Below are positions 25,105-38,171 of a stretch of 64,000 nucleotides of DNA, in pieces; within the stretch, counting starts at the first letter, position 1, and each line of letters begins with the position of its first letter. A program made the position numbers and the translations under genes. The notes under the pieces are model-generated. The model saw only the letters and a list, made by a program, of their open reading frames with translations, was not told the DNA's origin and did not search any database. Source of the DNA: Octopus sinensis (lineage: Eukaryota). The stretch spans positions 163,122,001 through 163,186,000 of the forward strand of contig NC_043000.1 in NCBI RefSeq assembly GCF_006345805.1, given 5' to 3'.

Positions 25105-25800
25105 CGGCGTACGTACACTTTGGTCCCTTCTATGGAAGGATACATTTTTCTAAATCTTGTACGACTCTATTTCTGTCTATCAGCCTTTCACGCTTATACG
25201 TTCATTCCTCTCTTCGTTCTTTGGTTCCCACTCTCTCACATTTCTTTCCCTTCACTTCTTGTTCACTTTCCTTCAGCATTTCACTTCACTGTGTCCCTGT
25301 TATTTTTTTCTCACATCTACCTCTGTCCTTCTGCCTCTACCTCTCTCTCTTCTCTTCCCACGTGACCGGCGTTCGGCCAAGCTTGATCTTTTTTCTTGGT
25401 CTGGCCGCTGTTCGTGCAACATCGATATTCCTCCCTATGCCTGTGAAATCATTTATGCCTGCCGTAAGGCTTCATTTCCATACACGCCAGATTAATTGTA
25501 CATAGTCGAAAGACACCTGTTGTTATTATTTGTATTGCATTATTCTTATTGTATTTGTGTAACATTGTCCGCTTTTTTCCTTCCTTGTTTTTGTATACAT
25601 TCATGCATTCTTCCAAGGAAGCTAATGCTCTTAACTTAGTTTTTCCTCGGGGCAGGCCAGATTGGAGCAATCTCGAGTATAATCAGCCGAAATTGCGAAG
25701 ATAATCTGATACTCGACCGAGGAAGGAAAAAACTTCGAAAGACCCATCCTTCTTTTCTTTGTATCTGGATGTTTTGTTGTCCCATTTTCGTATCACCTAA
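24651..25800 (+). repeat. Two diverged direct copies (~24651-25010 and ~25437-25800) of an unclassified ~360-bp repeat, possibly a Penelope-type pseudo-LTR; third partial copy at ~34831-34980
   Basis: Shared block ccaagg..ctaatgctctta..ttagttttcc..gccagattggagcaatctcgagtataa.cagccgaaattgc.aagataatctg. The family assignment is a guess. Confidence 0.55.
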
Positions 25801-25821
25801 CTGTCCGTCCTTGTCCCATTT

Positions 25822-25823
<2 letters not shown>

Positions 25824-25860
<37 letters not shown>

Positions 25861-25917
25861 CAGCGTACGTACCATTCGGTCTCTTATACATATATATATA
25901 CATATATATATACACAC

Positions 25918-25955
<38 letters not shown>

Positions 25956-26180
25956 ATAAATACACACATATATACATATATATACTCATGTATATATATG
26001 TATATGTAAGTATTATAATGTAATATATGCTATGTATATATATACATATATGTGTGTGTATGTATATATATATGTGTATGTATATATATATATATATATA
26101 TGTATAGATATGTATATTTATACATATATATATATGTATATATACATATAATATGTATATATACATACATACATATATAT

Positions 26181-26257
<77 letters not shown>

Positions 26258-27075
26258 AAAATGAGGTAAAATATTGATATTAATTTAATAACACCAATTT
26301 AACACCAGTGGTCTAGCGCATAAAAGACTGAGATTGAGTAAATATTATTATTACACAAATATGAGAGAGAATCCACTATGTGGACGCTCTTACGCTAAAG
26401 ATATTCCACAAGGGTCTCAACCACTAAGAATTGTTCTCAATGAAAATTTAGCACACTATGTACACATATATATACGTATATATACATATACATATATTTA
26501 CATATATTTACATATACATACATATATATACATGTATATATACATAATATATATATACATAAATATATATACATATATATATATACATCTATATATATAT
26601 ATATATATATACATATATACATATATATACACATATATACATATATATATACATATATATGCATATATATATACAGATACATAATACATTATATAGATAT
26701 ATATATATATATATATATAAATACATACATCTATATACATATATATACATATATATACATATATACACATACATATATATGCATGTCTATATATATATAT
26801 ATGTATACATATATATATGCATACATATATATATGCATACATATATATATATATATATATATATGCATACATATATATATGCATATATACATATATATAT
26901 ATTATATACATATATATATATAAATATATACATACATATAACATACATAGATATACACATACATTATATACACATACATATATATACACATACATATATA
27001 TATATACGTATATATATAAATATATATATATACATATATACATACGCACACACACCCGTGTGTGTGTGTGTGTGT
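25824..27075. repeat. Long degenerate (TA)/(TATG)/(CATA) microsatellite field
   Basis: Direct reading; it is the source of the many IY/YI ORFs. Confidence 0.95.
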
Positions 27076-27479
27076 GTTAGACCACTAAAAAGTACTCCAT
27101 TTGATGAGAGATAAATATTACTTAATAAAGACAGCATATATTTTCATGAGCCACAAATAATTTCCTGCGATGAGAACAACCCAGACTGCATTTTGTAACC
27201 CGTCTGTTGTCTTCACGCAATCCCTCAGCTCTGCCCGACGCAGCTCTTCTCTTCGCTTATGTTTATCATCCAGTGTTGCTGTAGCCTCTGTCTCTTATAT
27301 AATCATTTATTCCTGGGCGAATGGACAAGTCACTGAACCTCGACAGTTGCAACTGTGAGTAGGCTCTCGGTGATGTTTGCATGTGTTGATGCTCTTCAGA
27401 TTGGGGCAGCAGCTATGTGATAATTTGACTGAGCGCCTGTTGAGTATCTTTTCTCTATCTGTGATTTACGGGAAAATGT

Positions 27480-28880
27480 TTTTTCTAAAAGAATCAAGAA
27501 TCTTTTACTTATGTTGGTTTTAACATTAAGTGAAATGGTGAGGACGAACGAAATTATCCTCCTAGGTCTATTTTTTAGGCCTATTTTTGTTATTCGTATT
27601 ATTGCTCAAGGGTTTGTAAATTAATTCATCATTAATGCCACTATTGGCCATAGCATTGTAGTGGTAGAGGGCTGCCTTCTCAAACGTTTCTTTAGAGGAA
27701 GAAAGGTTAGATATCCTGTTGCTAATGTTCGCTATCAGGGTTTTAAACACTATGGCGCGGGGGTGACAAGACTGTTTGTGTATGTAGGAAAGTTTCTCCT
27801 TGGGTTAATGGTAAGCTGTATTAGAAGAAGGATTTAGATCCAGAGAAACATGTAAAAAAAATTGACTTTTGACAGATTAGTAGTGATTGTGATTTTAAGG
27901 CTTAATTGACTAAAGATGGAGATGAGCTGTTTCCTAAATTTATCTAGTGTGTGACCATCATAGCCATAGGAAAAACCAAATCCATCATCTCGATGTAGAC
28001 CAACGTGTGAGTTGGATACTTGGATCTCAATGTGTTTAATACAAAGAGACCTACAACATCGCAGATGTCAGCACTGTCGTATGATCCCATCGATACATCG
28101 AACAATGCATTGGTATCGAACTTTTTTTTTTACCTATGCTGACCCCTAACTAAACAGGAGTGTTTTTTCTCGCATGCATGATAAAGTGTAGGTCTACAGG
28201 GTTTATATCAACATGTGATTTAGTGAACTCGATCGCCTTATCAAGTAGCGATCTCGATATAGAGGAATGAAAACCTATAACATAGAACTGAGTAAATCTA
28301 CGCTTATTCTGAATGTTCTTAAACCAATCTATTACACAAAAACTTTTATCCCATTCTTGTAGCCGAGTGATCTCTCTAATTACGATATTGTTTCTTAGTA
28401 TTTTTTAGCTACTAAACCGATTTTAGTCCTCACTGCGTTCAACAATTTGCAAGTGAGTTTATTACGAAAATTAGGTTTATGGTCTTTCAGGATGATAAAA
28501 GTTTCTCCGTTTGCTAAGCATTCTAATCTATTATCGATTTTGCTACGTTTATCAGGGAATTTACCCTCGTCATTAATATCATTGTATCTATCTATGTTAG
28601 CTTTCGTATATTTAGTGGAAATTTAGCAACTTGTCATATAGATTGTTAGTAACTTCATACTGGCTGTTGGTCTTATCCGAAAATACGAACTTCCTTTCAG
28701 AGCATCTAAAGTTTCTAAAATCAGATTCCAGCTTAGTTTGGAAGGAGTTATGATACTTACCGAATCTGATATTGGTAACTAAATCAAGGTCTGCTAAAAC
28801 TTTTATCCTAGGAAGATATTTGCATGCCTTTAAATTATAACGTTCCATAACAGTGGGAGAAGGTACAATATAAAAAAAGG
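27480..28880 (-). pseudogene. Decayed Penelope-like element reverse transcriptase region
   Basis: Translated fragments FVFSDKTNSQY (~28650), FDVSMGSYDSADICDVVGLF (~28040-28100), GLHRDDG (~27980-28000) and RISNLSSSKETFEKA..Y.NA...SG (~27650-27720) appear in the order expected for a PLE RT. Many stops. Confidence 0.8.
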
Positions 28881-28881
28881 C

Positions 28882-29400
28882 CAATAAATACTTGCCATTA
28901 CATTTTTAATCAACCAGATACGAACCATTTTGTTGCATAATACGTCTCCATCTTTCCTTTAACTTGAGAATACCCTCTTCCCAGAATTGAGGTGGTTTCA
29001 TGGCAAAGAATTCATCAAGGTATCTTTTTACGTCAACAAGGTATTGAAAATTTTACCATTAAGACTATTCTGCAGAGACCTGAATAAGTGGAAATCCGAA
29101 GGAGCAATATCTGGTGAATATGAAGGGTGGGGTAACAGATCCCGACCGAGCTGCAGCAATTTTTGTCTGGTTCCCAAAGCATCAAGTGCCGAAAATGAAC
29201 TTTCTTATCTTCCATTTTAAAGGGTTATAGAATTAACACAGGTTATAGGAACATAAACCTTCTTCCACGAAAAGATAGCTTAAACTGTGCTCTGAATGGA
29301 GGTGTAGTCAAATCCTATTTTATGGACTCAACCATGTCCTAAAATAAGTCGAAATGCAAGCTACTATGAATCGGCACGAACTTTCCGGACAACCCAATAT
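28882..29400 (-). mobile_element. Internally deleted mariner element
   Basis: TIR tattgggttgtccggaaagttcgtgccgatt (29369-29399), N-terminus MEDKKVHFRHLMLWE (29215) and C-terminal WRRIMQQNGSYLVD* (~28910-28950). Confidence 0.75.
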
Positions 29401-29819
29401 ATAGCAGAAATCGCTTCCTGTATTAACTTCTACAATGAATAGTATTACTAGTTACGAACTACAGATCAAATGTACACACACGCATATATGTTTGTGAGAT
29501 GGATGAATTTTTTTAGAGGTTTTATGTGCGCATGTTGTGCAGTGTGTTGTTACGTACCTATACGTGGGTTCGTTTGCATAAATACGTGGGCGGATAGAGT
29601 ACTGTGTTGCGATCATGTCCAGCTTATCTTAATTGATGTTCATTCAGGGCTGTTATTCCCTGCCGGAATCACCGTTATCGCGTCTTGTTTTGATAGTCGA
29701 CCAGGAAATAACACTGATAGCTTAAACGAGCCACTATCATCACTGATGGAAACCATGTTTAATCAGAGGTGAAACCAGACGATAATCACGCACGCACGCC
29801 GCACACACACACACACACA

Positions 29820-29874
<55 letters not shown>

Positions 29875-29994
29875 TGCTTGCTTATGGATGCGCATCTATT
29901 TATAACTATGTATGCATGTATGTGTGCATGAATGTTTGTATGTATCCATGTATGTATGTATGTATGTATGTATGTATGTATGTATGTATGTATG

Positions 29995-30028
<34 letters not shown>

Positions 30029-32134
30029 GTGTGTGTGTGTGTGTGTGTGTGTGTATGAGTGTGTACGTGTGCATGAATGTAATTCGGCAAAGTTGTGATG
30101 GCACCAGATAGAATACATAGTGTTATTCTTTCTAGTTCTCTCGGTTCTGAGTTCAAAACCTGTCAGCTTTGTTTTGTATCCATTCAGAGTCGACGCATAA
30201 AGCATCAGCCTAAAGCTAGCGTCGATTTCCCCCCCTCCTTCTCCGCCCCCTTTCTCTCGCTCCGCTCTCTACATGAAATCGGCTGTATCCAAACTTGGAA
30301 AGAGGATGAGCACCACCAAGTTAAAAATCCCCTGGGTAAGCCATGTGTCGCAACGGTACCCCTCCCATTCTGTCAGTAACTGATATAAGTATGTCCGTAT
30401 GCATGTTTGTATGTATGTATGTATCTATCGATCTAGCTGTCTATATATCGATCTGTAGCAAGAAATTTTTATGCAGGAATGTATGTACCTACACAGGTTT
30501 ACACACTCACACACACGAACGTACCACACACACACACATATTTATAGATGAGCAGAAGAAAACATACTAAATACAAACAAAAAAATTGTTTAATTAAAAT
30601 AACACATGGAGTGAAGAGAAATATTCACTGGATTCATTTTGTAATTTTGATCAGGAGCGGGAAGGGAGACAACTGCGTTTTCCAAATTAATCAATAATTG
30701 AATATTGGCATATCGTACGGAATGAACTTTTTGGTAAGAATAGTGGTAATTGTAGACATGCTTCGGTATTATTAAACGTCTTCAGTTGAACACAATTTGA
30801 TGGATCTTAGGCTGGCGTGTCAGGCGTGTCAACTTAATATAATAATTAGGACATTACTTAATCACGGATGTCTTTTGTATGTAGAACATAAAGTTAAGGC
30901 GATGATGAAACTATCTGTTAATCCATTTCCAATAACCTTGTTCCTAGCAAGAAAATAGTGGCGGTAAAATTGCTACAATTCTCACTTCATGCTGAATATG
31001 ATGCCGAAAAAGTTTTCATTCTTGAAAGGACTTTTGAATGTTATTGTTTCGTGCGAAACATAAAAGAGTAATGCCTTGCTCTGATCTCTTAAATATTGAT
31101 GGAGTCGTAGATATTTTGCTGTAACATACGGCGTGCCTTGGGCTCTTTTACACCTAGCAAAGTTCATCCCTTTCTATACTTGACCGTTGTGGATTTCTTC
31201 CAAAAGGAAAGAAAGAAACAAATAGAAAAAAGAATTGCTTTTATTATAAGACTGGTACTTCTTTATTTTTCTTTTTTTCAAGCCCAAAGGATGAAAAGTA
31301 ATGTTGACCTTGGTAGAATTCGTACTTAGAATACAGAGAACCGGAATTCTACAACCACGCAGCTACATTCTGAAGTCTTTCTATGTATCAAGCTTTGACT
31401 GAGAGTAATTTGATACGATCGTAAGATCTTATATCATAAGCTGCAAAAATTTGACGAAACAAAAAAAAAAAAACTTCCGGTGGTGTATATTTCGTTTGTC
31501 ACTATTATTTATGACATATTTCATCTCGGTTACGTTTGGATGAATAAACGAATGTATCTAAAGCATGTTTACTTCATGGCAACACCATAATTGTTCGTGC
31601 ATTTCTACTGCTTTTAGTTTTTTTCCCCTGTTTTTAAATGATGTTTTATATGCCGCATTCTACCAGTGTCCGAAGTTTGAAAGTGCTTAGTTACAAAAAA
31701 TTAATTTCTCGATCTGCCATTCAAAGGGAAAAGATCCCATTTCTTAAATAGCCACTAAATATAGCGGTATAATGTTATTGGATGTACCAATTTTACATGA
31801 CCTATTATCTGTTTTTCGTCTTCGATCTTGTTGCTTTACATCAGGCATCTCGGATACGAAATGTAACAAAATCAGTGCTGGTTACAATTCCTGAAGAAAA
31901 CCTGTAGCGATAACCTAAACAAATGATGTAATAGCACTGCAAACGCATAGAACACAATAGTGACCTATAAAAACGTTTAATATACTTTGCAGTATAATAC
32001 AGTTGCACAACGAAATGCAGTGTCCCTATAAGTCATTAAATTGCAAACAGTACTCTTCAAAGAAAAATAGCCCAAATCAGGAACCTTAACTACTGAGAAC
32101 GCCTTCGTTGCGCGTCGTTATTCTTTGGAGAACT

Positions 32135-32320
32135 CAGAGAATCAATACAAGGAAGATACTCGACAATCTTGTTCTGAACCTTGGCACACAACAGAGAAAA
32201 ACCCGAGATGAACAACGGAACCGAAAGATCTCAACACTTCCGCCCTGAAACTGTCCGCTGAGGTATCTATACAACAATAGCACCAACAAGTACAAACTAT
32301 TTACCAGGACAAATGAATAA
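32135..32320 (+). pseudogene. Possible decayed GIY-YIG endonuclease fragment (Penelope-like)
   Basis: RTLAHNRE...GTERSQHF resembles the RTL..R..EH...V..HF motif of PLE GIY-YIG domains. Weak. Confidence 0.35.
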
Positions 32321-32467
32321 TAGTAAAGACTCGTATATGGCACCAGATTTGATCATTCTTTAGACTTGTAGTCTTGAACTGCAGGCGCAGGCTGATAATG
32401 AGTGTAATTTGCTATACGAAAACTAATCAAAAACTCATCGTGTGTGTGTGTGTGTGTTGTTTGTGTG

Positions 32468-32498
<31 letters not shown>

Positions 32499-33204
32499 TT
32501 TTGTGTGTGTGTGTGGTGTTATCACTATAAGCACTAAAAGTCGACGAACTGGCATACTCGTTGTAGCGTCTGACAGAATGCTTCGCGCTATTTGTTCAGC
32601 TTCGAGTTCAAATCCCGCTAAGGTCAGCGTTGCTTTTCATCCTTTCGGGGATCTACATAAAAAGAGAACCGATCGAAGGCAGTGGATTGATGGAACTGTA
32701 TGGTTGCCTTCTGGTATTTGTTCCGGTTTTATGCGTTCTAAGTTCAAATTCTACCATGACCTACTTGGGTGATAGACATCCCGTCGCCCGATTTAACAGC
32801 TTTGTTCCTCTAGTAGAGTTCACTTTGTTGCAAGCTTTCGAATTAGGTTTCCGGTTTGAGGACAACTACCTCCTTTTTTCCTTCCAACCAGTACCAGGGC
32901 CCCGTAATGGGTCACAAGCATTGTCCTCCTTCCTTACTATGAGATAAAAAGAATGAAAAGATAAAGCTTCATTCTTCAACAGATAATTCAGCTTAAATCG
33001 TTTGAAATATCTTCTACTCACAGTAAACTAACAAACCGCTTTGACTTTTATCTCTACTGGATCTTGTCTTATTCTGAATCAAAAGATCCAAGCAGCCGAT
33101 AGTGCTTCTTTCTAGTTTCCGTAGCGCTAAACTATTTCAGGTTCAAATGTGTTTGTGTGTGTGTGTTTTTTATCATTTTCGAATAAATAGTTATTTTTCT
33201 TTCA

Positions 33205-33461
33205 TCATCATCACCACCACCACCACCACCACCACCACCTTCTTATTCTCCTCCTCCTTCTTCCTCTTCTTCTTCTTCTTCTTACTTCTGGGGATAACAA
33301 GTAACTTGATTATCTGAACTTCGGTGAACAAACATACTTCTGTCGACATTCGGTTCTGCCTGTATCTATTAACCGTTGTTTAGCAGACTCTACATCTCCG
33401 CTACCAAATAAATATTCAGCAAGTTCTTGCCTTTGAGACGACGACGACGACGACGACGACG

Positions 33462-33541
<80 letters not shown>

Positions 33542-33545
33542 ATCT
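33205..33545. repeat. Trinucleotide arrays (CAC/CTT; CGA/CAA/CTA)
   Basis: Direct reading. Confidence 0.95.
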
Positions 33546-34249
33546 TCTTTCTCGATACACGATTTCAATTAAATCATCGTTGCTAAAGTCTTTTGCATGC
33601 AAAGCCAAAAATTCAGGAACATTTCTTGAATAAAAAATCTCGAAACCAAAGTCTTTTCTTCTAAAGTGCTAGTGCAACCCTGTTATTAGTTGAATACATT
33701 AAAACCATTCGTGTACTCACGCAAAGGATTCTGCCAAACTGCTTTTAAACAGTTGGCTTTCGTTTCTTCCCATTATTCCTTGTTTGTTTAATGTTAAATT
33801 CTTAACAAAATTCTTGGCAAGTTATGGTATAATCCCTGAATTTAAAAGGCTTTGAGTTTAACTATTGTTCAGTGATCCATGATCTGTAACATCGTTGTCT
33901 TATACTAGTGGTAAAAAATTCATTTCCATGTGGTTCGCACAAAGATGAGTTCGGCTGTTGAGGACAACTCAAATGCTTTTGGCTGCGAACACAAAGACAG
34001 CAGCAGTGACAAAATACGAACTACCAACCGCTCAGTTGGTAATCCGTTCATCAGAATCCAAACTCGGAAACCCCTATTTCAATTATTTACTCTTCTTTCT
34101 CTCGTTTTCAGCAGTGAGTTTGTAAGATACCCAATAGTGCCTACTTAGGTACAGCCTAATCAAATGGGTGCAATGGTGCTGGCAGGATGCGAACTGTAGC
34201 ACTCTGCTGAGGGACTCTACCATCTGTAATAGCTATTCTACAAACAAAG

Positions 34250-34620
34250 GCGCCGGGAGAAATGCGTAGCCATATTTCGTCTGCCGCTACGTTCTGAGTT
34301 CAAATTCCACCGAGTTCGACTTTGCCTTTCATCCTTGTGGGTTCGATAAATTAAGTACCAGTTACGCACTGGAGTCGATGTAATCGACTTAATCTGTTTG
34401 TCTGGCCTTGTTTGTCCTCTCTGTGTTTAACCCCTTGTGGGTAGTAAAGAAATAGGTATTTCGTTTGTCTCTATGTTCTGAGTATAAATTCCGCCGAGGT
34501 CGACTTCGCCTTTCATGCTTTCGAGGTCGATAAACTACGTACCAGTTGCCTACTGGGGTCGATCAAATCGACTTGCCCCTTCCCCAAAATATCGGGCCTT
34601 GTGCCTAGAGTAGAAAAGAA
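34250..34620 (+). mobile_element. SINE B dimer (tail-type 1 unit followed by a head-less tail-type 2 unit)
   Basis: Junction taaagaaata|ggtatttcg at 34454/34455. The second unit ends ccccaaaatatcgggccttgtgcctagagtagaaaag. Confidence 0.8.
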
Positions 34621-34648
34621 TAACTATTCTACAAACAGATATGAACAA

Positions 34649-35305
34649 GTGGCTGTGTGGTAAGTGGTTTGCTTACCAACCACATGGTTCCGGGTTCAGT
34701 CCCACTGCGTGACATCTTGGGCAAGTGTCTTCTGCTATAGCTTCGGGCCGACCAAAGCCTTGTGAGTGGATTTGGTAGACGGAAACTGAAAGAAGACCGT
34801 CGTATATATATATATGTTTACATTCGAAGCTCTCTTCCAAGGGATCTAATGCGCTTGGCTTAGATTTTCCTTTGGGGGGCTGCCCAGATCGGAGCAATCT
34901 CAAGATTAATCAGCCGAAATTGCGAAGATGATCTGGTTCTTGACTGATGACTGAGGGCTTCGAATGTCCCGTCCTGTGGTTCTGTGTCGTCTCTTGGTGT
35001 TTCATGTTCTTGTCCATGTCTGTATTTATTTTTTACTGTTTAGTATATATATATATATATATATACATATATGTATTGTGCGTGTATGTTTGTGTGTCTG
35101 TGTTGTCCCCTCGCATTGCTTGACAACCGATGCTGGTGTGTTTACGTCCCCGTCACTTAGCGATTCGGCAAAAGAGACCGATCGAATAAGTACTGGGCTT
35201 ACAAAGAATAAGTCCTGAGGTCGATTTTCTCGACTAAAGGCAGTGCTCCAGCATGGCCGCAGTCAAATGACTGAAACAAGTAAAAGAGTAAAAAAAGAGT
35301 AAAAA
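34649..35305 (+). mobile_element. SINE family A whose microsatellite linker carries an inserted foreign repeat (~34820-35040)
   Basis: 5' module 34649-34805 and 3' module ~35105-35305. The intervening segment matches the 24651/25437 repeat. Confidence 0.8.
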
Positions 35306-35519
35306 GTTAGGTATGATAATGCAAAGTTGACCTCTGCGAGATTTGAACCCAGAACGCAAGAAACCGGAATAGACAGTGCAAGGAATTTCGTTTCACTTTG
35401 TAAATTCATCTCTCTCTCTATCTATCTCTGTTTCTCTCTCTCTCTCTGTGTTTCTCTCTCTCTTTCTTTCTTTCTTTCTCTCTATCTATCTCTCTCTCTC
35501 TCCTCTCTCTTGTTTCTTC

Positions 35520-35551
<32 letters not shown>

Positions 35552-35819
35552 CTCTCTCTCCTTTTCTTTCTCTCTTCTTTCTTTTCTTTCTTTCTCTCTC
35601 TCTCTCTCTCTCCACACACACACACACACACATAAACACACCACACTCACATACAAAGCGCGCGCACTCAAACACACACATGTATTTATAACGGTGCAAT
35701 GTTTGTGTGTGTATAATCGGTATGAAAGGAATGCAAGCAGAGCGTGAAGAATTAAAAATATGTCGAAGGAAAAGAAAGGGAAACAATTTATTAGTATTAA
35801 ATAAGAGAGGGAGAGAGAG

Positions 35820-35859
<40 letters not shown>

Positions 35860-36244
35860 GATGAGACTAGGTGTATCACTGATAGGAGGGGCATGAGGGT
35901 GGGCGGAACCCGTAGTAGACGCAGAGAGGTGAGAGAGAACAGTGATGTGTGAGAAAGGGAACAGGGAGATAAAGGAAGGAAGGAAGAAAGAAAGAAAGAA
36001 TAAATGACAGGAAGGAAAGATATATTAAGAGAAAAAGAGGGAGTGTGAGGTTGGGCAGCGAAAAGAAAGAAAGACAAATGTGGGCGGGGCTAGGGGGGAT
36101 GCGAGGCGAGACGAGGCGGAGTAAAAGTAGTATTAAAATAAAGAGAGGGTAAAAGTAAGAGAAGAGAAATTACGTAGGTTAGAAATGCAATTTTAAAAGA
36201 GATATTTCAAGTGGAAAGGAAAAAGGCGGAGCAAAAAATAACAA

Positions 36245-36245
36245 T

Positions 36246-36283
<38 letters not shown>

Positions 36284-36781
36284 TGAGAGAGAGAGATGGG
36301 AAGAATGAGTGTGTGTGGTGTGTTGAGAGAGAGAGAGAGAGAGAGAGAGAGTGAGAGCGATGGAGAGAGAGAAGGAAAGAGAGAGAGAGAGAAACATGGA
36401 GAGAGAGAAGGAAAGAGAGAGAGAGAGATGGGGAGAATGAGTGTGTGTGTGTGTGAGCGAGAGAGAGAGAGAGAGAGAGAGTGAGAGAGATGGAGAGAGA
36501 GAAGGAAAGAGAGAGAGAGAGAAACATGGAGAGAGAGAAGGAAAGAGAGAGAGAGAGATGGGGAGAATGAGTGTGTGTGTGTGTGTGTGAGCGAAGAGAG
36601 AGAGAGAGAGAGAGAGAGAAGAGAGAAGGAAAGAGAGAGAGAGAGAAGGGAGAATGAGTGGTGTGGGTGTGTTAGCGAGAGAATAGAGAGAGAGAGAGTA
36701 GAGAGAAGGGAGAGAGAGAAGGAAAGAGAGAGAGAGAAACATGGAGAGAAGAAGAAAGAGAGAGAGAGATGGGGAGAATGA

Positions 36782-36814
<33 letters not shown>

Positions 36815-36830
36815 TGAGAGAGCAGTGTGA
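36245..36830. repeat. Higher-order minisatellite built from GA/GT microsatellite modules (period ~95-130 bp)
   Basis: Marker gggagaatgagtg recurs near 36298, 36430, 36560, 36650 and 36772; marker gagagaaacatggagaga recurs three times. Confidence 0.85.
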
Positions 36831-37030
36831 AAGAAAGCCTGCTCGTGAAATTAACGTCCAAATGGCTGAGCACTCCACAGACTCGTGTACCCTTAACGTA
36901 GTTATTAGGGAGATTCAGCGTGATACGAAATGTGGACAAAGCTGGCCCTTTTGAAATACAGGTACTTCTAATTTCTGCCAGGTGAACGGACTGAAGCAAC
37001 GTGAAATAACGTGTCCTGCTCAAGACCACA
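36830..37030 (-). mobile_element. CORE-like tRNA SINE, 5'-truncated; related copy at 53115-53380
   Basis: Core tcttgagcaggacacgttatttcacgttgcttcagtccgttcacctggcag and shared gtacctgtatttcaaa(a)gggcc. Confidence 0.7.
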
Positions 37031-37056
37031 TCGCGCCGCTGGCGAAATTTTTTTTA

Positions 37057-37518
37057 TCCCACGAGAATTCCGGACCCCAGTAATGAACTCATTTGCATAC
37101 AGCCAATCAACAAACACACTCTACCAACTAAACTCATGACGAAGAACAGAGTCGACCGATCGCCAAGTTCTGCCTGGTTTTAGAAGGAGACAAGTAATTA
37201 GATAGATTTGCATCTGTACCTGTTATCGGATTGTGTTAGGACCCCATATGGTATGGATGTGGACGGGGAAAATGTGGGTAGAGGGTGATGGGCTAGCAAC
37301 CCTCTTCCCTAACTGTTTCACAAAGTAAAGAACACAACTACGCAAAAGCTGTCAGGGTTGAAACAAGAACAAGAACAACAAGCATTATCAAAAGAGAAAA
37401 GAAGCATGGCCATTCCTCGCCCATCACTTGTTATGCGCTCATTAATTAGTTTGATTGTTGAGCTCTGGTTGGCTGTACGCAAATGAGTTCATAACTGTGG
37501 TCCGGAACTCTTGTGGGA
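37057..37518. mobile_element. MITE with ~53-bp terminal inverted repeats
   Basis: tcccacgagaattccggaccccagtaatgaactcatttgcatacagccaatca (37057-37109) versus the reverse complement of 37466-37518. Confidence 0.7.
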
Positions 37519-37974
37519 AAAACATTTGCGCGTCGCTAGGTATCGAACTCCTTTCAATCGTCAGCCGAATCCCCTAACAATTAAGCCACACACCTTCAGA
37601 AAAGCAAGGCAGAAGCAACAACGCACTCATCTGCATCTTCGCCCCCACCATCTTTACCATTACTGTGATGTCGAAAGGGGAGCTTTTACGTGAGCACTCC
37701 TATTGCTAGAAATAGTAGTAAAATGTGATTTTTATTTATTTACTCTAATTCCAGCCTACTCTAAGCTACTAAGAATGCGTGTGGCAACTTGAAGATGCAC
37801 CCACCACACGCGATAGACTGGCGGTTGCACGGGCGTGAAAGCTACGTTGTTATCCTCATTCCGTAAACGGTGGCTTTTAACGGGTGGAGAGCTGAACCAT
37901 CCTGGGGTACAGAGGATTCGCAATCTAGACTAGGGTCTGAAAGTTTACCACACCATAGTGGGTTACACCATGGT

Positions 37975-38171
37975 CCCTCTGCTTTGTGGCAGAAGTAGGA
38001 AGAAAGAGTGAGAGAAAGTTGTGGTGAAAGGGTTCACCCCACCCCCACCAGAGCCTTTTGGAGCTTAGGTGTTTTTGCTCAATAAACACCCACAATGCCC
38101 GGCCTGGTAATCGAAACTGCGCTCTTACGACCGCGTGTCCGCTGCCCTAACCACTGGGCCATTGCGCCTCC
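37975..38171 (-). mobile_element. tRNA-derived SINE family C; another copy at 52300-52590
   Basis: Head ggaggcgcaatggcccagtggttagggcagcggac...gtttcgattacc. Confidence 0.8.

Noticed and set aside
24925-25750. ctgagga...ttcgaa(t/a)gaccc motifs resembling hammerhead cores (also ~34945-34975)
   Set aside because: No consistent stem III or stem I pairing can be drawn, and the A15.1 position is U in two of three copies.
25636-27114. Many long IY/YI/CV ORFs (also 20167-20807, 45334-46062, 54305-54865, 56611-57300, 35418-37029)
   Set aside because: These are stop-free frames of microsatellites, not proteins.
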